Shown here: positions 52,688 through 63,694 of the stretch, piece after piece
How the letters are laid out: the number at the start of each line of letters is the position of its first letter
Position numbering within the stretch: the first letter of the stretch is position 1
Assembly: GCA_963663765.2 (NCBI GenBank)
Contig: CAXXUA010000005.1
Span: 1,632,001-1,696,000 of the forward strand
Reading direction: 5' to 3'
Source of the DNA: Candidatus Poribacteria bacterium
Lineage (GTDB): Bacteria > Poribacteria > WGA-4E > WGA-3G
Length of the DNA: 64,000 bases
The notes under the pieces: generated by a model
Database searches by the model: none
Told to the model about the DNA's origin: nothing
The model's input: only the letters and a program-made list of their open reading frames with translations
Made by a program: the position numbers and the translations under genes

Positions 52688-53300
52688 ATTCTTCTTAGAG
52701 GAGCTTTCTGCTGAGGTAGCATTAAAGCATATCTTGCCCAAGATTCTTTCACCAGATGTCATTTGTATCTTCCATGCATTTGAAGGAAAGGATGACATGC
52801 TCAAGGAATTGCCAAAGTTTATGAAAGGACACCGATGGATACCTAACGACTGGCGACTTATCGTGTTAATTGATGAAGATCGAAGAGACTGTCACGAACT
52901 CAAAGCAAAATTAGAAAAAGCAGCACACGATGCGGGTTTTGTGACAAAATCCAGTGCTGCTCCGAATGAAGACTTTCAAGTCGTCAATCGGTTAGCAATT
53001 GAAGAATTAGAGGCATGGTTTTTTGGAGACGTTGAGGCTTTACATGCAGCTTATCCAAGAATCTCAAAAAACCTCCAAACTCAAGCAAAATATCGTGATC
53101 CCGATGCAATTGGGGGAGGTACATGTGAGGCTTTAGAACATCTACTGAAACAAGCGCACTATTATAAGGGTTATCTACCCAAACGTGAGGTGGCTCAGAA
53201 GATCGCACAACACATGGAACCGAGTCGGAACACATCCAAAAGTTTTCAGGTTTTTGTTAATGGGCTTAAAGCATGTGTAGGAGAAGAATCATTGGTGTAA
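52677..53300 (+). CDS. DUF4276 family protein (TOPRIM-like partner of ABC ATPases)
   Basis: LEE.S, FEGK, VLIDED, EELEAWFFGD, N.S.SF; overlaps the ATPase stop. Confidence 0.82.
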   Translation: MHIKFFLEELSAEVALKHILPKILSPDVICIFHAFEGKDDMLKELPKFMKGHRWIPNDWRLIVLIDEDRRDCHELKAKLEKAAHDAGFVTKSSAAPNEDFQVVNRLAIEELEAWFFGDVEALHAAYPRISKNLQTQAKYRDPDAIGGGTCEALEHLLKQAHYYKGYLPKREVAQKIAQHMEPSRNTSKSFQVFVNGLKACVGEESLV

Positions 53301-53318
53301 CTTGGTTAGGACAATAAT

Positions 53319-56300
53319 ATGAATCTCAATACAATTTACGAATCCGACATTGAAGAAGCTGCGCTCAATTGGTTTGCCGACTTGAGTTATACTGTTTTAC
53401 ACGGTCCCGAGATCGCCGCAGACGCGCCCAATGCAGAACGTTCCACTTACAAAGAAGTGGTCTTGACATCGCGCTTACGAGATGCCGTTGCCCGCCTAAA
53501 TCCAACAATACCTGCTGATGCACAGCAAGAAGCAATCCGCAAAGTGCTTAATCCAGATTCTCCCGCTTTAGGGAAAAACAACCGCGCATTTCATCAAATG
53601 CTTATTGACGGTATAGAGGTTGAATATCGGCAAGCTGATGGAACGATACGTGGTGATCGTGTGCGGTTAGTCGATTTTGAAGCACCAGAAAACAACGATT
53701 GGCTTGCAGTCAACCAGTTTACAGTCGTAGGTACAAACGAATGCCGTCCGGACGTTGTGTTATTTATCAACGGACTTCCCTTAGCTATCATAGAACTTAA
53801 AAACCCAACTAACGAGAAAGCAACTACCCTAACAGCATTTCGCCAAATCCAGACCTACAAACAAGAAATTTCGGCACTATTCACCTATAACGAAGCGGTT
53901 GTTATCTCTGATGGATTAGAGGCGCGCATCGGATCATTAACTGCCGACACGGATTGGTTTTTGCCGTGGCGCACAATTGAAGGTGAAGGAGAAGCACCAT
54001 CTACTGAATTAGAGTTAGAAATATTGATTAAAGGTGTTTTTGACAAACGTCGTTTTTTGCGTTATCTTAAACACTTTATCGTCTTTGAAGAAACAGAAAG
54101 CGGAGCAATTGCCAAAAAAATCGCTGGGTATCACCAATTCCATGCTGTTCAAACAGCCGTAGAAGCAACGCTAAAAGCGTCATGTCCTGAAGGCGATCAA
54201 CAGTGCGGTGTCGTCTGGCATACACAAGGTTCTGGCAAAAGCTTAACGATGGCTTTTTACGCTGGCAACATCGTACAACATCCGCAGATGGAAAACCCAA
54301 CCCTTGTCGTCATCACTGACACAAACGACTTAGACGACCAACTGTTTGGCACATTCGCTCGATGCCACCAACTTTTGCGACAAACACCAGAACAAGCAAA
54401 AAATAGACAACACTTACGTGAACTCCTTAAAGTTGCCTCTGGAGGCGTAGTCTTTACTACTGTTCAAAAGTTTTTCACTGAAGGTGAAGAGACCCGTTTT
54501 CCGCAGCTGTCTGATCGACGAAATATCGTGGTAATTGCAGACGAAGCACACCGTAGCCAATACGGCTTTATTGATGGCTTTGCCGCTCACATGCGCGATG
54601 CACTTCCCAATGCCTCTTTTATCGGTTTTACCGGTACACCCATTGAACTCACTGATCGCAATACAGTTGCTGTTTTTGGAGAATACATAAGCACGTATGA
54701 TATCCAGCAGGCGGTTGATGATGGAGCAACCGTGCCAATTTACTACGAGAGTCGCCTCGCAAAAATTGAGCTTGACGAAGACGAAAAACCGTACATTGAC
54801 CCGGAATTCGAGGAACTTACCGAGACGGAGGAGGCAACAGAAAGGGAAAAACTCAAAACCAAATGGGCACAACTTGAGGCGTTGGTGGGAACAGAAAAAC
54901 GCTTGGGACTCATCGCAGATGATATAATTGCACATTTTGAAGAACGGTTAGAGACAATAGATGGTAAAGGTATGATTGTTTGTATGAGCCGCCGTATCTG
55001 CGTTGACCTCTACAATGCAATTATTCAACGCCGTCCAGAGTGGCACAACGATGATGACAAGGAAGGCGAAATAAAGGTCGTCATGACAGGGTCAGCTTCT
55101 GATGACGCATCATGGCAACCGCATATCCGCAACAAAACAAGGCGAGAAACGTTGGCAAATCAATTTAAAAAACCCAATGATCCGTTGAAACTTGTTATTG
55201 TCCGCGATATGTGGCTAACCGGATTTGACGCGCCGAGTCTTCACACTATGTATGTAGACAAACCGATGCGTGGACATGGACTGATGCAAGCAATTGCCCG
55301 CGTTAATCGTGTCTATGGCGATAAACCGGGCGGTTTGATAGTAGATTATATCGGACTTGCCTACCACCTGAAAAACGCATTAAGTAATTATACCAGAAGC
55401 GGTGGGAAAGGAAAGGCTACCCTTGACAAAGCTGAAGCCGTCGCCGTAATGATGGAAAAGCATGAAATCTGCTGTAACTTATTTCACGGATTCGATTGGT
55501 CATTATGGACTACAGGGAAAACGTCAGATCGACTCAAATTGCTACCTGCAGCGCAAGAGCATATCCTGCAACAAAAGGATGGAAAAAAGCGTATACTGGA
55601 AGAAGTTTCTGCTCTAACTAAAGCATTTGCACTGGCTGTCCCACATGAAAAAACAACCGAAATACGCGACGATGTCTCCTTTTTTCAAACGGTAAGAAAA
55701 GTTCTGGCTAAGCCATCGGCTGCAGAAGAAGCACAGTTGGATGCCGCAGACCAAGCAATTAAGCAGTTGGTTTCCAAAGCTGTTATTCCTGAAGGTGTAG
55801 TAGATATATTCTCCGCTGCTGGGCTGGAAAAGCCTGATGTCTCTATTCTCTCCGATGAATTTCTTGCAGAAGTGCAAGACCTTCCCCATAAAAACTTGGC
55901 AGTTGAACTCTTGGAAAAACTCCTCAACGGAGAAATTAAAACGCGCTCACAGAAAAACGTTGTCCAAGGTCGATCATTTGCAGAAATGTTGGAACGATCA
56001 ATCCGTTCCTATCAGAACCGAACAGTTGAAGCGGCACAAGTCATTGAAGAACTTATTGAAATCGCAGGAGTGATGCGTCAAGCGCAAGACCGAGGTGAAA
56101 AATTAGGATTGTCAGAAGAAGAATTAGCATTTTATGATGCTCTTGAAACTAACGATAGTGCAGTCCAAGTACTCGGTGATGAAACACTGCGCAACATCGC
56201 TATTGAACTTGTAGAAACCGTTCGCAAGAGTGTGGCAATTGACTGGACAATGAAAGAAAGTGTACGTGCAAATATACGAAGGTTGGTGAAGCGCATTCTT

Positions 56301-56393
56301 CGCAGACACGGTTACCCGCCTGATAAACAAGAAAAAGCTGCCCAAACTGTTTTAGAACAGACAGAAGTGTTATGTAAAAACTGGGTAATATAG
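53319..56393 (+). CDS. hsdR: Type I R-M restriction subunit
   Basis: RPD...[47 protein letters not shown]. Confidence 0.98.
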   Translation: MNLNTIYESDIEEAALNWFADLSYTVLHGPEIAADAPNAERSTYKEVVLTSRLRDAVARLNPTIPADAQQEAIRKVLNPDSPALGKNNRAFHQMLIDGIEVEYRQADGTIRGDRVRLVDFEAPENNDWLAVNQFTVVGTNECRPDVVLFINGLPLAIIELKNPTNEKATTLTAFRQIQTYKQEISALFTYNEAVVISDGLEARIGSLTADTDWFLPWRTIEGEGEAPSTELELEILIKGVFDKRRFLRYLKHFIVFEETESGAIAKKIAGYHQFHAVQTAVEATLKASCPEGDQQCGVVWHTQGSGKSLTMAFYAGNIVQHPQMENPTLVVITDTNDLDDQLFGTFARCHQLLRQTPEQAKNRQHLRELLKVASGGVVFTTVQKFFTEGEETRFPQLSDRRNIVVIADEAHRSQYGFIDGFAAHMRDALPNASFIGFTGTPIELTDRNTVAVFGEYISTYDIQQAVDDGATVPIYYESRLAKIELDEDEKPYIDPEFEELTETEEATEREKLKTKWAQLEALVGTEKRLGLIADDIIAHFEERLETIDGKGMIVCMSRRICVDLYNAIIQRRPEWHNDDDKEGEIKVVMTGSASDDASWQPHIRNKTRRETLANQFKKPNDPLKLVIVRDMWLTGFDAPSLHTMYVDKPMRGHGLMQAIARVNRVYGDKPGGLIVDYIGLAYHLKNALSNYTRSGGKGKATLDKAEAVAVMMEKHEICCNLFHGFDWSLWTTGKTSDRLKLLPAAQEHILQQKDGKKRILEEVSALTKAFALAVPHEKTTEIRDDVSFFQTVRKVLAKPSAAEEAQLDAADQAIKQLVSKAVIPEGVVDIFSAAGLEKPDVSILSDEFLAEVQDLPHKNLAVELLEKLLNGEIKTRSQKNVVQGRSFAEMLERSIRSYQNRTVEAAQVIEELIEIAGVMRQAQDRGEKLGLSEEELAFYDALETNDSAVQVLGDETLRNIAIELVETVRKSVAIDWTMKESVRANIRRLVKRILRRHGYPPDKQEKAAQTVLEQTEVLCKNWVI

Positions 56394-56415
56394 TACAATA
56401 CCTTCGCCAATAATA

Positions 56416-56808
56416 CAGCGTTATTTAGTTTTAAAAGTTTTCTGTTATTGAGATTTACTGAAAGTTAATACCCAAATGAGGTCTCCTAACTGCACCTTAC
56501 ACATCAATTTTAGATTCTTGAAACATGAACATCGGTCTTTAGTCCCGACAAATGCCACACGCGCATTTGGCGTTGATTTGGTAGGGACGATATGTTTATA
56601 GAAAACGAATACCATCCACAGTTCTTTAGTCCCGTAGGGACGATATGTTTATTCTTCTATGTCGTTCCTACGGAACTCAATTGGGGTGGAAAACATTTTC
56701 TATAAACATATCGTCCCTACGGGACTAAAGACATGGACAATATGGCAACACATAATATTAACGTTATAGTAAACATTCATCAAAAATACCTAAAACTGAA
56801 TAACCCTG
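56416..56808 (+). mobile_element. Copy of the 45532 MITE
   Basis: Colinear and near-identical to 45532-45964, but lacks the micro-element A insert. Confidence 0.88.
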
Positions 56809-56891
56809 GCCGTTGAATATCCTGACCAAATGTGGTATAATTCTGTAATGATTGATAAACAACGCTGCAGCACTTCCCATGGAGATGAACG

Positions 56892-58649
56892 ATGGATTTC
56901 AGTGACGAAGAGATCAAACGCCAGATACGTTTAGGTGAAGACAGCCACTGGGAATTCAAGGAAATTGTATTCACAGGAAACAAACCCAAAAGCCCTAACC
57001 GGGATGATCTTGCAGACGAAATCGCTGCATTCGCCAACACAGATGGTGGTGTGGTACTATGTGGCGTAACCGATGACGGTGATGTTCAAGGCATGTCGCG
57101 CGAGCAGATGGACAAATTAGAGATGTTCTTGGTACAAATTTGCACCGACACAATTAAACCGGCAATTCGTCCTACAATATTACGCCGAGAAATAGAGCAA
57201 AGGAAACCTTTTCTTCTCGTTGAAATACCACAAGTTTATACACAGCACGACAGTCTTGGAGGCAGCTTCCACCGAGTCGGCAGCTCAAAACGTAAAATGA
57301 CAAGCGATGAACGCCTACGTCTTGCACAGCGACGTGGACAGGCACGGTTCCTCTGGTACGACAAACAGCCGGTCCCTGGCACAGGTTTCGGTTCATTGGA
57401 TGAATCGCTTTGGAAACCACTATTGAGTGCCGAAGGTGCAGCCAACCCTGTATTAACACTAGAGAAAATGGGACTCCTAACCGACGATGAAAAAGGGATA
57501 ACGCGGGCAACGGTAGCAGGTGTTCTTTTGTGCACCCGTTCTCCTGAAGAATGGCTTCCCAATGCCTGCATCTCTGTGACCTATTATAGAGGTACAGACC
57601 GCGCCTCTGGACAAATAGATGCTCAAGTAATTACCGGACCCCTGAACAGACAGATTGCAGAAGCGGTTGCATTCGCAGTTCGTAACATGCGTGTTGGTGC
57701 GTACAAAAATCCCGCTCGAACTGACCTGCCGCAATATAGCAAAAAAACTTTGTTTGAAGCAATTGTGAACGCAATTGTACATCGTGACTACTCAATTCGC
57801 GGCAGCCGAATACGTATCTCAATGTTTTCTGACCGCATTGAAATTGCTTCTCCCGGTGGTCTGCCAAACAATCTCACTATTGATAGCATGAACATCCGAC
57901 AATCAACACGAAATGAGGCACTCGCTTCAATATTCGGAAGGATGTCCGTAGAAAATGTGCACGGATCGGGGGAACGACAATTTTTCATGGAACGCCGTGG
58001 AGACGGAGTACCAATCATTTTACGCGAAACAGAAGCTTTATGCGGAAAACTCCCAGATTATCAACTCGTTGATAATTCTGAACTTGTTCTTACTATCCCA
58101 GCTGCAGATACTCAATTGACCCCAGCAACCGTTGATATCTTTGTTCACCATAATGGTATACCTCTATCAAATATTGACCTATTAGTTATGTTTCCAAATA
58201 AAACGTATGAGCGCTCTCGCACTGATGAAAATGGTAATACGCAAATTGATCTACACACAACACATCTACCGATGACGGTGTTTGCAGCCGCACCAAGCCT
58301 TACTGCATATCTTGAACGCAATTGGATTCCCGAGAAAGGACAACTTTCGTTTGAAATGACAAGTCTTCAACATGGCGGATCAGTAATCTTTAGTAATACA
58401 ATTGGTAGTATTCCGGGTTTATCAGGACGGTTGAACCCCATACGTGATACACACAACCGCACCTACCTGTCCGCTTCAAATATAACTATTAATGAAGGAA
58501 AACCACTGCCAGTTCATTTCTCTATAGGTGAAGACTTACACCTAACAGATACCAAAGGAAAAGAAATGTTAGTACGTATCGTTGAGATTATTGGAAAATC
58601 AGCTCTATTAGAATATCGTCCTTTCAGTAAATCAGATAAGACAAAATAA
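56892..58649 (+). CDS. Schlafen/AlbA_2 plus HATPase_c_4 (RecG C-terminal-like) protein with extra C-terminal domains
   Basis: GEDSHWEFKE, AAFANTDGG...GV.D, EAIVNA.VHRDY, DRIEI.SPGGL, RN, MERRG.G. Confidence 0.88.
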   Translation: MDFSDEEIKRQIRLGEDSHWEFKEIVFTGNKPKSPNRDDLADEIAAFANTDGGVVLCGVTDDGDVQGMSREQMDKLEMFLVQICTDTIKPAIRPTILRREIEQRKPFLLVEIPQVYTQHDSLGGSFHRVGSSKRKMTSDERLRLAQRRGQARFLWYDKQPVPGTGFGSLDESLWKPLLSAEGAANPVLTLEKMGLLTDDEKGITRATVAGVLLCTRSPEEWLPNACISVTYYRGTDRASGQIDAQVITGPLNRQIAEAVAFAVRNMRVGAYKNPARTDLPQYSKKTLFEAIVNAIVHRDYSIRGSRIRISMFSDRIEIASPGGLPNNLTIDSMNIRQSTRNEALASIFGRMSVENVHGSGERQFFMERRGDGVPIILRETEALCGKLPDYQLVDNSELVLTIPAADTQLTPATVDIFVHHNGIPLSNIDLLVMFPNKTYERSRTDENGNTQIDLHTTHLPMTVFAAAPSLTAYLERNWIPEKGQLSFEMTSLQHGGSVIFSNTIGSIPGLSGRLNPIRDTHNRTYLSASNITINEGKPLPVHFSIGEDLHLTDTKGKEMLVRIVEIIGKSALLEYRPFSKSDKTK

Positions 58650-58667
58650 GAACCTTTTCATACATCC

Positions 58668-58696
58668 TTGACAAATCCAAAAGAATTCGTTAAACT
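58668..58696 (+). promoter_or_regulatory. Sigma70-type promoter
   Basis: TTGACA-17 bp-TAAACT. Confidence 0.65.
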
Positions 58697-58751
58697 TAAA
58701 CTATAAAATCATTCACGCATATAAATGCGGAATAACTTTGAGGGAGAGAAT

Positions 58752-59102
58752 ATGTTAGCAGAAATTCGCAACAGAGAAGGTATCATCGTTATCCGTCCTA
58801 CCGGGCGCATGATCGGTGCAGCAAACGTTGAACTTAGACAACAAATCCATGAAGAACTTGAAGAATACTTCGATTCACCCAAGGTCATCTTTAACCTTGA
58901 GGAGGTCACCCGTATGGATAGTAGTGGTTTAGGCACACTCGTTTCTGTGCACGTCACTATCACACGTAAGGGAGGACGCACAGCTCTTGTCAAAGCAGGC
59001 GCACATATTAGAAACCTACTCGTTCTGGGACGGTTAGCGTCCGTTTTTGAAAGCTATGAAACTGAAGAAGAAGCAATCCTTGAGTTGAACGCGGATAAGT
59101 AA
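58752..59102 (+). CDS. STAS-domain anti-sigma factor antagonist
   Basis: NL..V..MDSSGLG.L phosphoacceptor motif. Confidence 0.9.
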   Translation: MLAEIRNREGIIVIRPTGRMIGAANVELRQQIHEELEEYFDSPKVIFNLEEVTRMDSSGLGTLVSVHVTITRKGGRTALVKAGAHIRNLLVLGRLASVFESYETEEEAILELNADK

Positions 59103-59299
59103 TACCAAATTAACGGAATTTATCTTTTTTACGAAGGTAGGTGCGGTTTCCTAACCGCACAATTAGCAATACAGTTCACGTGAATTGGGTATAAGAATAC
59201 GCAGTATCGATTTTCGTACGATTAGCAAACCCAATGCTGAGTATATCAATTTGCACACTTCCATAATTCATTACTATTTGAAGAAGATTAAGGAGATAC

Positions 59300-60457
59300 A
59301 TGCCAAATCAGAATGACATAAAACTCACTGTGAATGCTGGTTTTCACGATAGGGACGGATGTCCTGTTCTCGTCAATGTTGACCATCCGGGGGTTCACGA
59401 GTTTTCTGGACAAGATGTCATATTAACAGATTCAGAAACTGGAGATGCAATCCCAGCACAATGCTACAAAAGTGACGATAAAAAGTCTACAACCTTAGCA
59501 TGGATACTTGAGGGACTCAACGCCGGCTCCACACGCACCTATACTCTTTCAGAGGGAAATATCAACAAAAATACTGGTATTGAATTAGAATACGGTACTG
59601 ATACCATTGATGTCACCCTCAACGGAAGACCTTTTACAACCTTCCGCTATGGAAAAACACAACAACGACCCTATTTCTTTCCAGTGTTGGGTCCAAACGG
59701 TTGTGAAGTAACACGCGGTGAAACCAGCGACATCTCAAAAGACCACGTACATCACCGATCACTCTACGTCGCTTATGGCGAAGTCAATGATGTTGACCTG
59801 TGGGGTGAAGGTAGTAATTGCGGAAAAGTGGTACATCAAGGGTTTACACAAAAACACGGCGGTGCAGTCGTCAGTAGAATCTATACTGAAAACAGTTGGG
59901 AAACAAAAGACGGTGCCGTGTTGATGACAGACTGGCAAAAATTCCGCATCTACAATTTACCCGAAGACGGCGCAATTTTTGACCTTAACTTGAGTTTTGT
60001 TGCATCTGCTGGTGACGTCCACTTCGGTGACACAAAAGAGGGAGGCATCATGTGCATTCGGGTAAATCCCTCAATGAACGCTTCCGACGGTGGAAAAATT
60101 GAAAACGCTTTCGGAGGTATAAACGAAGGTGAAACATGGGGTAAACGCGCAAATTGGTGCGATTATTCCGGGGTCGTTGACAACACACATGTCGGAATCG
60201 TTGTCTATGATCATATCGGTAATCCGCGATATCCAACCTATTGGCACGTCCGCAACTACGGTCTAATGGGAAGCAACATCTTCGGCAGTGGTACCTTTGA
60301 ACGTGACAAATCTAAAGATGGTTCCTACACACTTAAAGAGGGTGATGAGATGCACTTCCGATTCCGCGTGCTTATTCATGCGGGGGATGCAACTGCCGGC
60401 AAGGTCGCACAGAAATACCACGATTTCATCAACCCACCAACTGTTGAGATTGCCTGA
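59300..60457 (+). CDS. PmoA-family (DUF6807-like) beta-sandwich protein
   Basis: RPYFFPV, DHVHHRSL, TKEGG, WG.RA.WCDYSG, DH..NP, WHVR.YGL; not a true methane monooxygenase subunit. Confidence 0.78.
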   Translation: MPNQNDIKLTVNAGFHDRDGCPVLVNVDHPGVHEFSGQDVILTDSETGDAIPAQCYKSDDKKSTTLAWILEGLNAGSTRTYTLSEGNINKNTGIELEYGTDTIDVTLNGRPFTTFRYGKTQQRPYFFPVLGPNGCEVTRGETSDISKDHVHHRSLYVAYGEVNDVDLWGEGSNCGKVVHQGFTQKHGGAVVSRIYTENSWETKDGAVLMTDWQKFRIYNLPEDGAIFDLNLSFVASAGDVHFGDTKEGGIMCIRVNPSMNASDGGKIENAFGGINEGETWGKRANWCDYSGVVDNTHVGIVVYDHIGNPRYPTYWHVRNYGLMGSNIFGSGTFERDKSKDGSYTLKEGDEMHFRFRVLIHAGDATAGKVAQKYHDFINPPTVEIA

Positions 60458-60501
60458 AATATGTAAATACTAATACCATTTTCATGTGATAATGTCTCAT
60501 T

Positions 60502-60839
60502 AGCAGCGGAAATCTGGTAGGAGCGACCTCCCGGTCGCGACAGTGAGATCGCTCCTAAGCAGCGGAAATCTGGTAGGAGCGACCTCCCGGTCGCGACAGT
60601 GAGATCGCTCCTAAGCAGCGGAAATCTGGTAGGAGCGACCTCCCGGTCGCGACAGTGAGATCGCTCCTAAGCAGCGGAAATCTGGTAGGAGCGACCTCCC
60701 GGTCGCGACAGTGAGATCGCTCCTAAGCAGCGGAAATCTGGTAGGAGCGACCTCCCGGTCGCGACAGTGAGATCGCTCCTAAGCAGCGGAAATCTGGTAG
60801 GAGCGACCTCCCGGTCGCGACAGTGAGGGCGCTCCTACC
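60502..60839 (+). repeat. 56-bp perfect tandem array (6 units) of a GTAG REP
   Basis: agcagcggaaatctggtaggagcgacctcccggtcgcgacagtgagatcgctccta at 60502, 60558, 60614, 60670, 60726, 60782; the last unit diverges. Confidence 0.95.
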
Positions 60840-61043
60840 GAAGAGAGTAACCCCATGCCAGTAAACAGTAGAATTCCTTAATGAGACAAGATTTATTTGA
60901 ATTGGTATAACTTATAGACGCACTCCTTCTTTGGTCAGTAGGCGCGCCTTTGTAAGCGCGCTATTTTATAGAATATAATTGGTTTGACTGAAAATTCAAT
61001 CACGTAACAACAGAACAGTGTACTTTCTAAGGAGACCAATATA

Positions 61044-62114
61044 ATGGCTATTCCTACAATACATGTCGGCTGCACACATTTTGCACACGGACGCTTACAA
61101 GCACAAGTCAACACAAACGGACTGGAACCTGTCGCATGCGTAGACATCAACCTTGAAGCTGCAAAAAGAGGCGTAGAATCAATAAATGGCGCACCAGAAG
61201 GTTTGTCAGAACGCATCTATACAACAATCACCGAAGCAAAAGAAAAACACCCTGAAGCACAAGCATGTCTTATCTATGCTTCAACAACTGTGCATGAAAT
61301 ATTAATCATCGAAAGCCTGAATCTCGGTATGCACACACTGTGTGTGAAGCCAATAGCAACAACACAAGCAGAATTCCACAACATCATTAAAGCACACAAA
61401 GCAAACCCTGGAACAATTTTGGTACAAGGGCAAAACAAGCGATGGAATCCTGCAGCCTCAAAAATGCGAGAATGGCTCCGTGAAGACGACGGCATCGGTG
61501 AAATGTTAGGCGGCGAATGCAGATTCTGGATACGTCAAAACCTATTCACAGGTCCCGATTCCCGACAACCCGATGCTTACGTTGACGGTCTTTTTTTTCA
61601 CGCAGGTTGTAGCCACCAAATTGACCAACTCGTCGGAGCAAAAGGACTCCCAAAATACGTTACAGCACAGGTTCACAACCGTCGCGACCCAGCCTTAGGA
61701 CAGACAGACGCATGGGGTACCGCCGGCGGAAACGCCTTGATGGAATACGACAACGGCGCACCTGTCACCTACGCTGGCACACGGGCAGGACACATGGGGG
61801 CTTACGGATGGAGTGGCGTTTGGACATTCCACGGTGAAGATGGAGACCTACGACGTGATGGAGGACACCTCCAACTCTTCAGAACAGGACAAGAAATTGA
61901 AAACCTTTCGCTACAAGACCTTCATGGCGGATTGATTGAAGACGACAGACTCCAATTTGATGCCTTCGCAGAAGCAATCTCCACCGGCAAAGACCGAGAC
62001 TGGATACAAGATAGCACACTCGGAACATGGATACTGATGGAAGCATGCAACGAATCCGCAAACACACACGCACGCGTTGATGTTGAAGCATTCGCTAAGA
62101 AAATGCTCGCTTAA
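61044..62114 (+). CDS. Divergent Gfo/Idh/MocA family oxidoreductase
   Basis: HVG...FA, ACVD, LCVKP, QGQNKRW, HQID. Confidence 0.8.
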   Translation: MAIPTIHVGCTHFAHGRLQAQVNTNGLEPVACVDINLEAAKRGVESINGAPEGLSERIYTTITEAKEKHPEAQACLIYASTTVHEILIIESLNLGMHTLCVKPIATTQAEFHNIIKAHKANPGTILVQGQNKRWNPAASKMREWLREDDGIGEMLGGECRFWIRQNLFTGPDSRQPDAYVDGLFFHAGCSHQIDQLVGAKGLPKYVTAQVHNRRDPALGQTDAWGTAGGNALMEYDNGAPVTYAGTRAGHMGAYGWSGVWTFHGEDGDLRRDGGHLQLFRTGQEIENLSLQDLHGGLIEDDRLQFDAFAEAISTGKDRDWIQDSTLGTWILMEACNESANTHARVDVEAFAKKMLA

Positions 62115-62133
62115 TTTCTTTGATGGGAGATCA

Positions 62134-63432
62134 ATGAAGTTTCTTACTCTACTTTTTGTTGCAATACTTAGCACAACAATATTCATTGCGTGCGAATTTA
62201 TCCGACCATTACCAGGCAAAGATGTTCCTGAATCTCCACAAACCAGCACGCAATTCGCGCAAAGTGCATTGTCGAACCTTGCTAACACAGCAAATGAACG
62301 CGCTTTCGTTGACCTTGCTAACGCTGCAAGCGAACTTGCAGATACACTCGCAATGGATGATGGCAGATCCGTGGAACCAATGTTCTCAAAACTTGCTAAA
62401 CTCGCTGATGCAGCGACTATCTTGGAACACGCATTTAGTGAAGCCGGATGCGAAATTGAATTGCAGAAATTCGCTGAAGCATCAATGGACGCTGTAAAGG
62501 CATATACAATAAGGGATGCAGCTGACATGGAACAGACATTGCAGAAACTTGCTCATGGCGCATCGGCAGCGGAAACAGCATTGCAGCAGCTACCTGTTGA
62601 AAACGGTTTCATGCCTTTCACCTTCGGTTATGGACCCGCCATAGATGCAACCATAAGTGAGTTTTTTTGTCCCGAATCAGACGATCCTCTTTATGAACCC
62701 GGCGTAATCTTGATAAAGTACGACAGCACAATTCGACCAATATCTGAAACAAGGACCGCTGTAACTGAACTTTTGGCTCTTAAAGGATATACTGAGCAAG
62801 AAAATGGTTTGTCTGGGCATGAGCGAAGAAACTCCACGTTGTGGTTCCATCTCAAAGAATACACAGCACACATACAATTGGAAACGACGTCCAACGATTT
62901 TGAGTCTATTGACTTAGGGACAGATGTCGATCCGCTTCTTATTATCAGTGAATTAATGCACATTCAAGGTGTTACTCGTGTGCAACCCTATGTCTTTAAT
63001 GTCATTTTTGAAAAAGTTCTACCACCCATTAGACATTATGTAATGCAAGATGTCGCAGCAAAATACAATGAAGCATGGTGTCAAGGTAACTTTAATGCCA
63101 TAAACAATATGCTAACTGAAAGGAGCAATTTAAACTTTTTTGATTATACTTTTGTGCAGAAACTTGCAGACATCTATGCTGAAGAAATTCCTGAAACTGC
63201 AGAACAAATCCCATTGAATCGTTTCTTTCTCCGCAGGATAACTGAGGTATTCCTATATATCTACTTTTTGAATACGGATAAAAACCTTGACGAGATTATT
63301 GACCTTTTTCGCGAAAATGTTAGTACCAGACAACTGAGTTTTATTGGATATAGAACATTTTTTCACTACTACCAAACTACCGACTATTGGAAACAACTTG
63401 TCACTGACAACTTGACTACAACACAACAATAA
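62134..63432 (+). CDS. Hypothetical lipoprotein
   Basis: GGGAG RBS, MKF hydrophobic signal with FIAC lipobox; long ORF. Confidence 0.7.
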   Translation: MKFLTLLFVAILSTTIFIACEFIRPLPGKDVPESPQTSTQFAQSALSNLANTANERAFVDLANAASELADTLAMDDGRSVEPMFSKLAKLADAATILEHAFSEAGCEIELQKFAEASMDAVKAYTIRDAADMEQTLQKLAHGASAAETALQQLPVENGFMPFTFGYGPAIDATISEFFCPESDDPLYEPGVILIKYDSTIRPISETRTAVTELLALKGYTEQENGLSGHERRNSTLWFHLKEYTAHIQLETTSNDFESIDLGTDVDPLLIISELMHIQGVTRVQPYVFNVIFEKVLPPIRHYVMQDVAAKYNEAWCQGNFNAINNMLTERSNLNFFDYTFVQKLADIYAEEIPETAEQIPLNRFFLRRITEVFLYIYFLNTDKNLDEIIDLFRENVSTRQLSFIGYRTFFHYYQTTDYWKQLVTDNLTTTQQ

Positions 63433-63495
63433 TTAGTGATAATTAAAATATCGTAAAAATGCATATTTTAATATCACTTATGTCAATTTTATTTA

Positions 63496-63692
63496 TTATA
63501 GTGGATTTTAGAATTATTTTTACACTTTCAGGTGTAGGAGGGAACTCCGATTCCCGACTATCAAGACGTTCAGTCGCGATTCGGAGATCGAAATCAACGG
63601 TATGAATCATAGCGAATGCCATACGCGCATTCGCCTATTGGCATTCCCCGCCTACAGAAAAAGTGTAAACTTAATTGTATATTTCACTATAT
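63496..63692 (-). mobile_element. Inverted copy of the TATAGTG MITE
   Basis: Reverse complement of 2155-2326 with an extra ~25-nt insert in element A. Confidence 0.8.
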
Positions 63693-63694
63693 TA

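Noticed and set aside
45532-56841. Integron or prophage explanation for the island
   Set aside because: No integrase, attC-like sites or phage structural genes in the window.
59300-60457. Methane monooxygenase
   Set aside because: Soluble PmoA/DUF6807-like family with no TM helices and no pmoB/pmoC.
60502-60839. 56-bp array as CRISPR
   Set aside because: Units are identical end to end with no unique spacers.
61911-62528. 205-aa minus-strand ORF (likewise 54414-54935 and 24018-24455)
   Set aside because: Antisense shadows of well-supported plus-strand genes.
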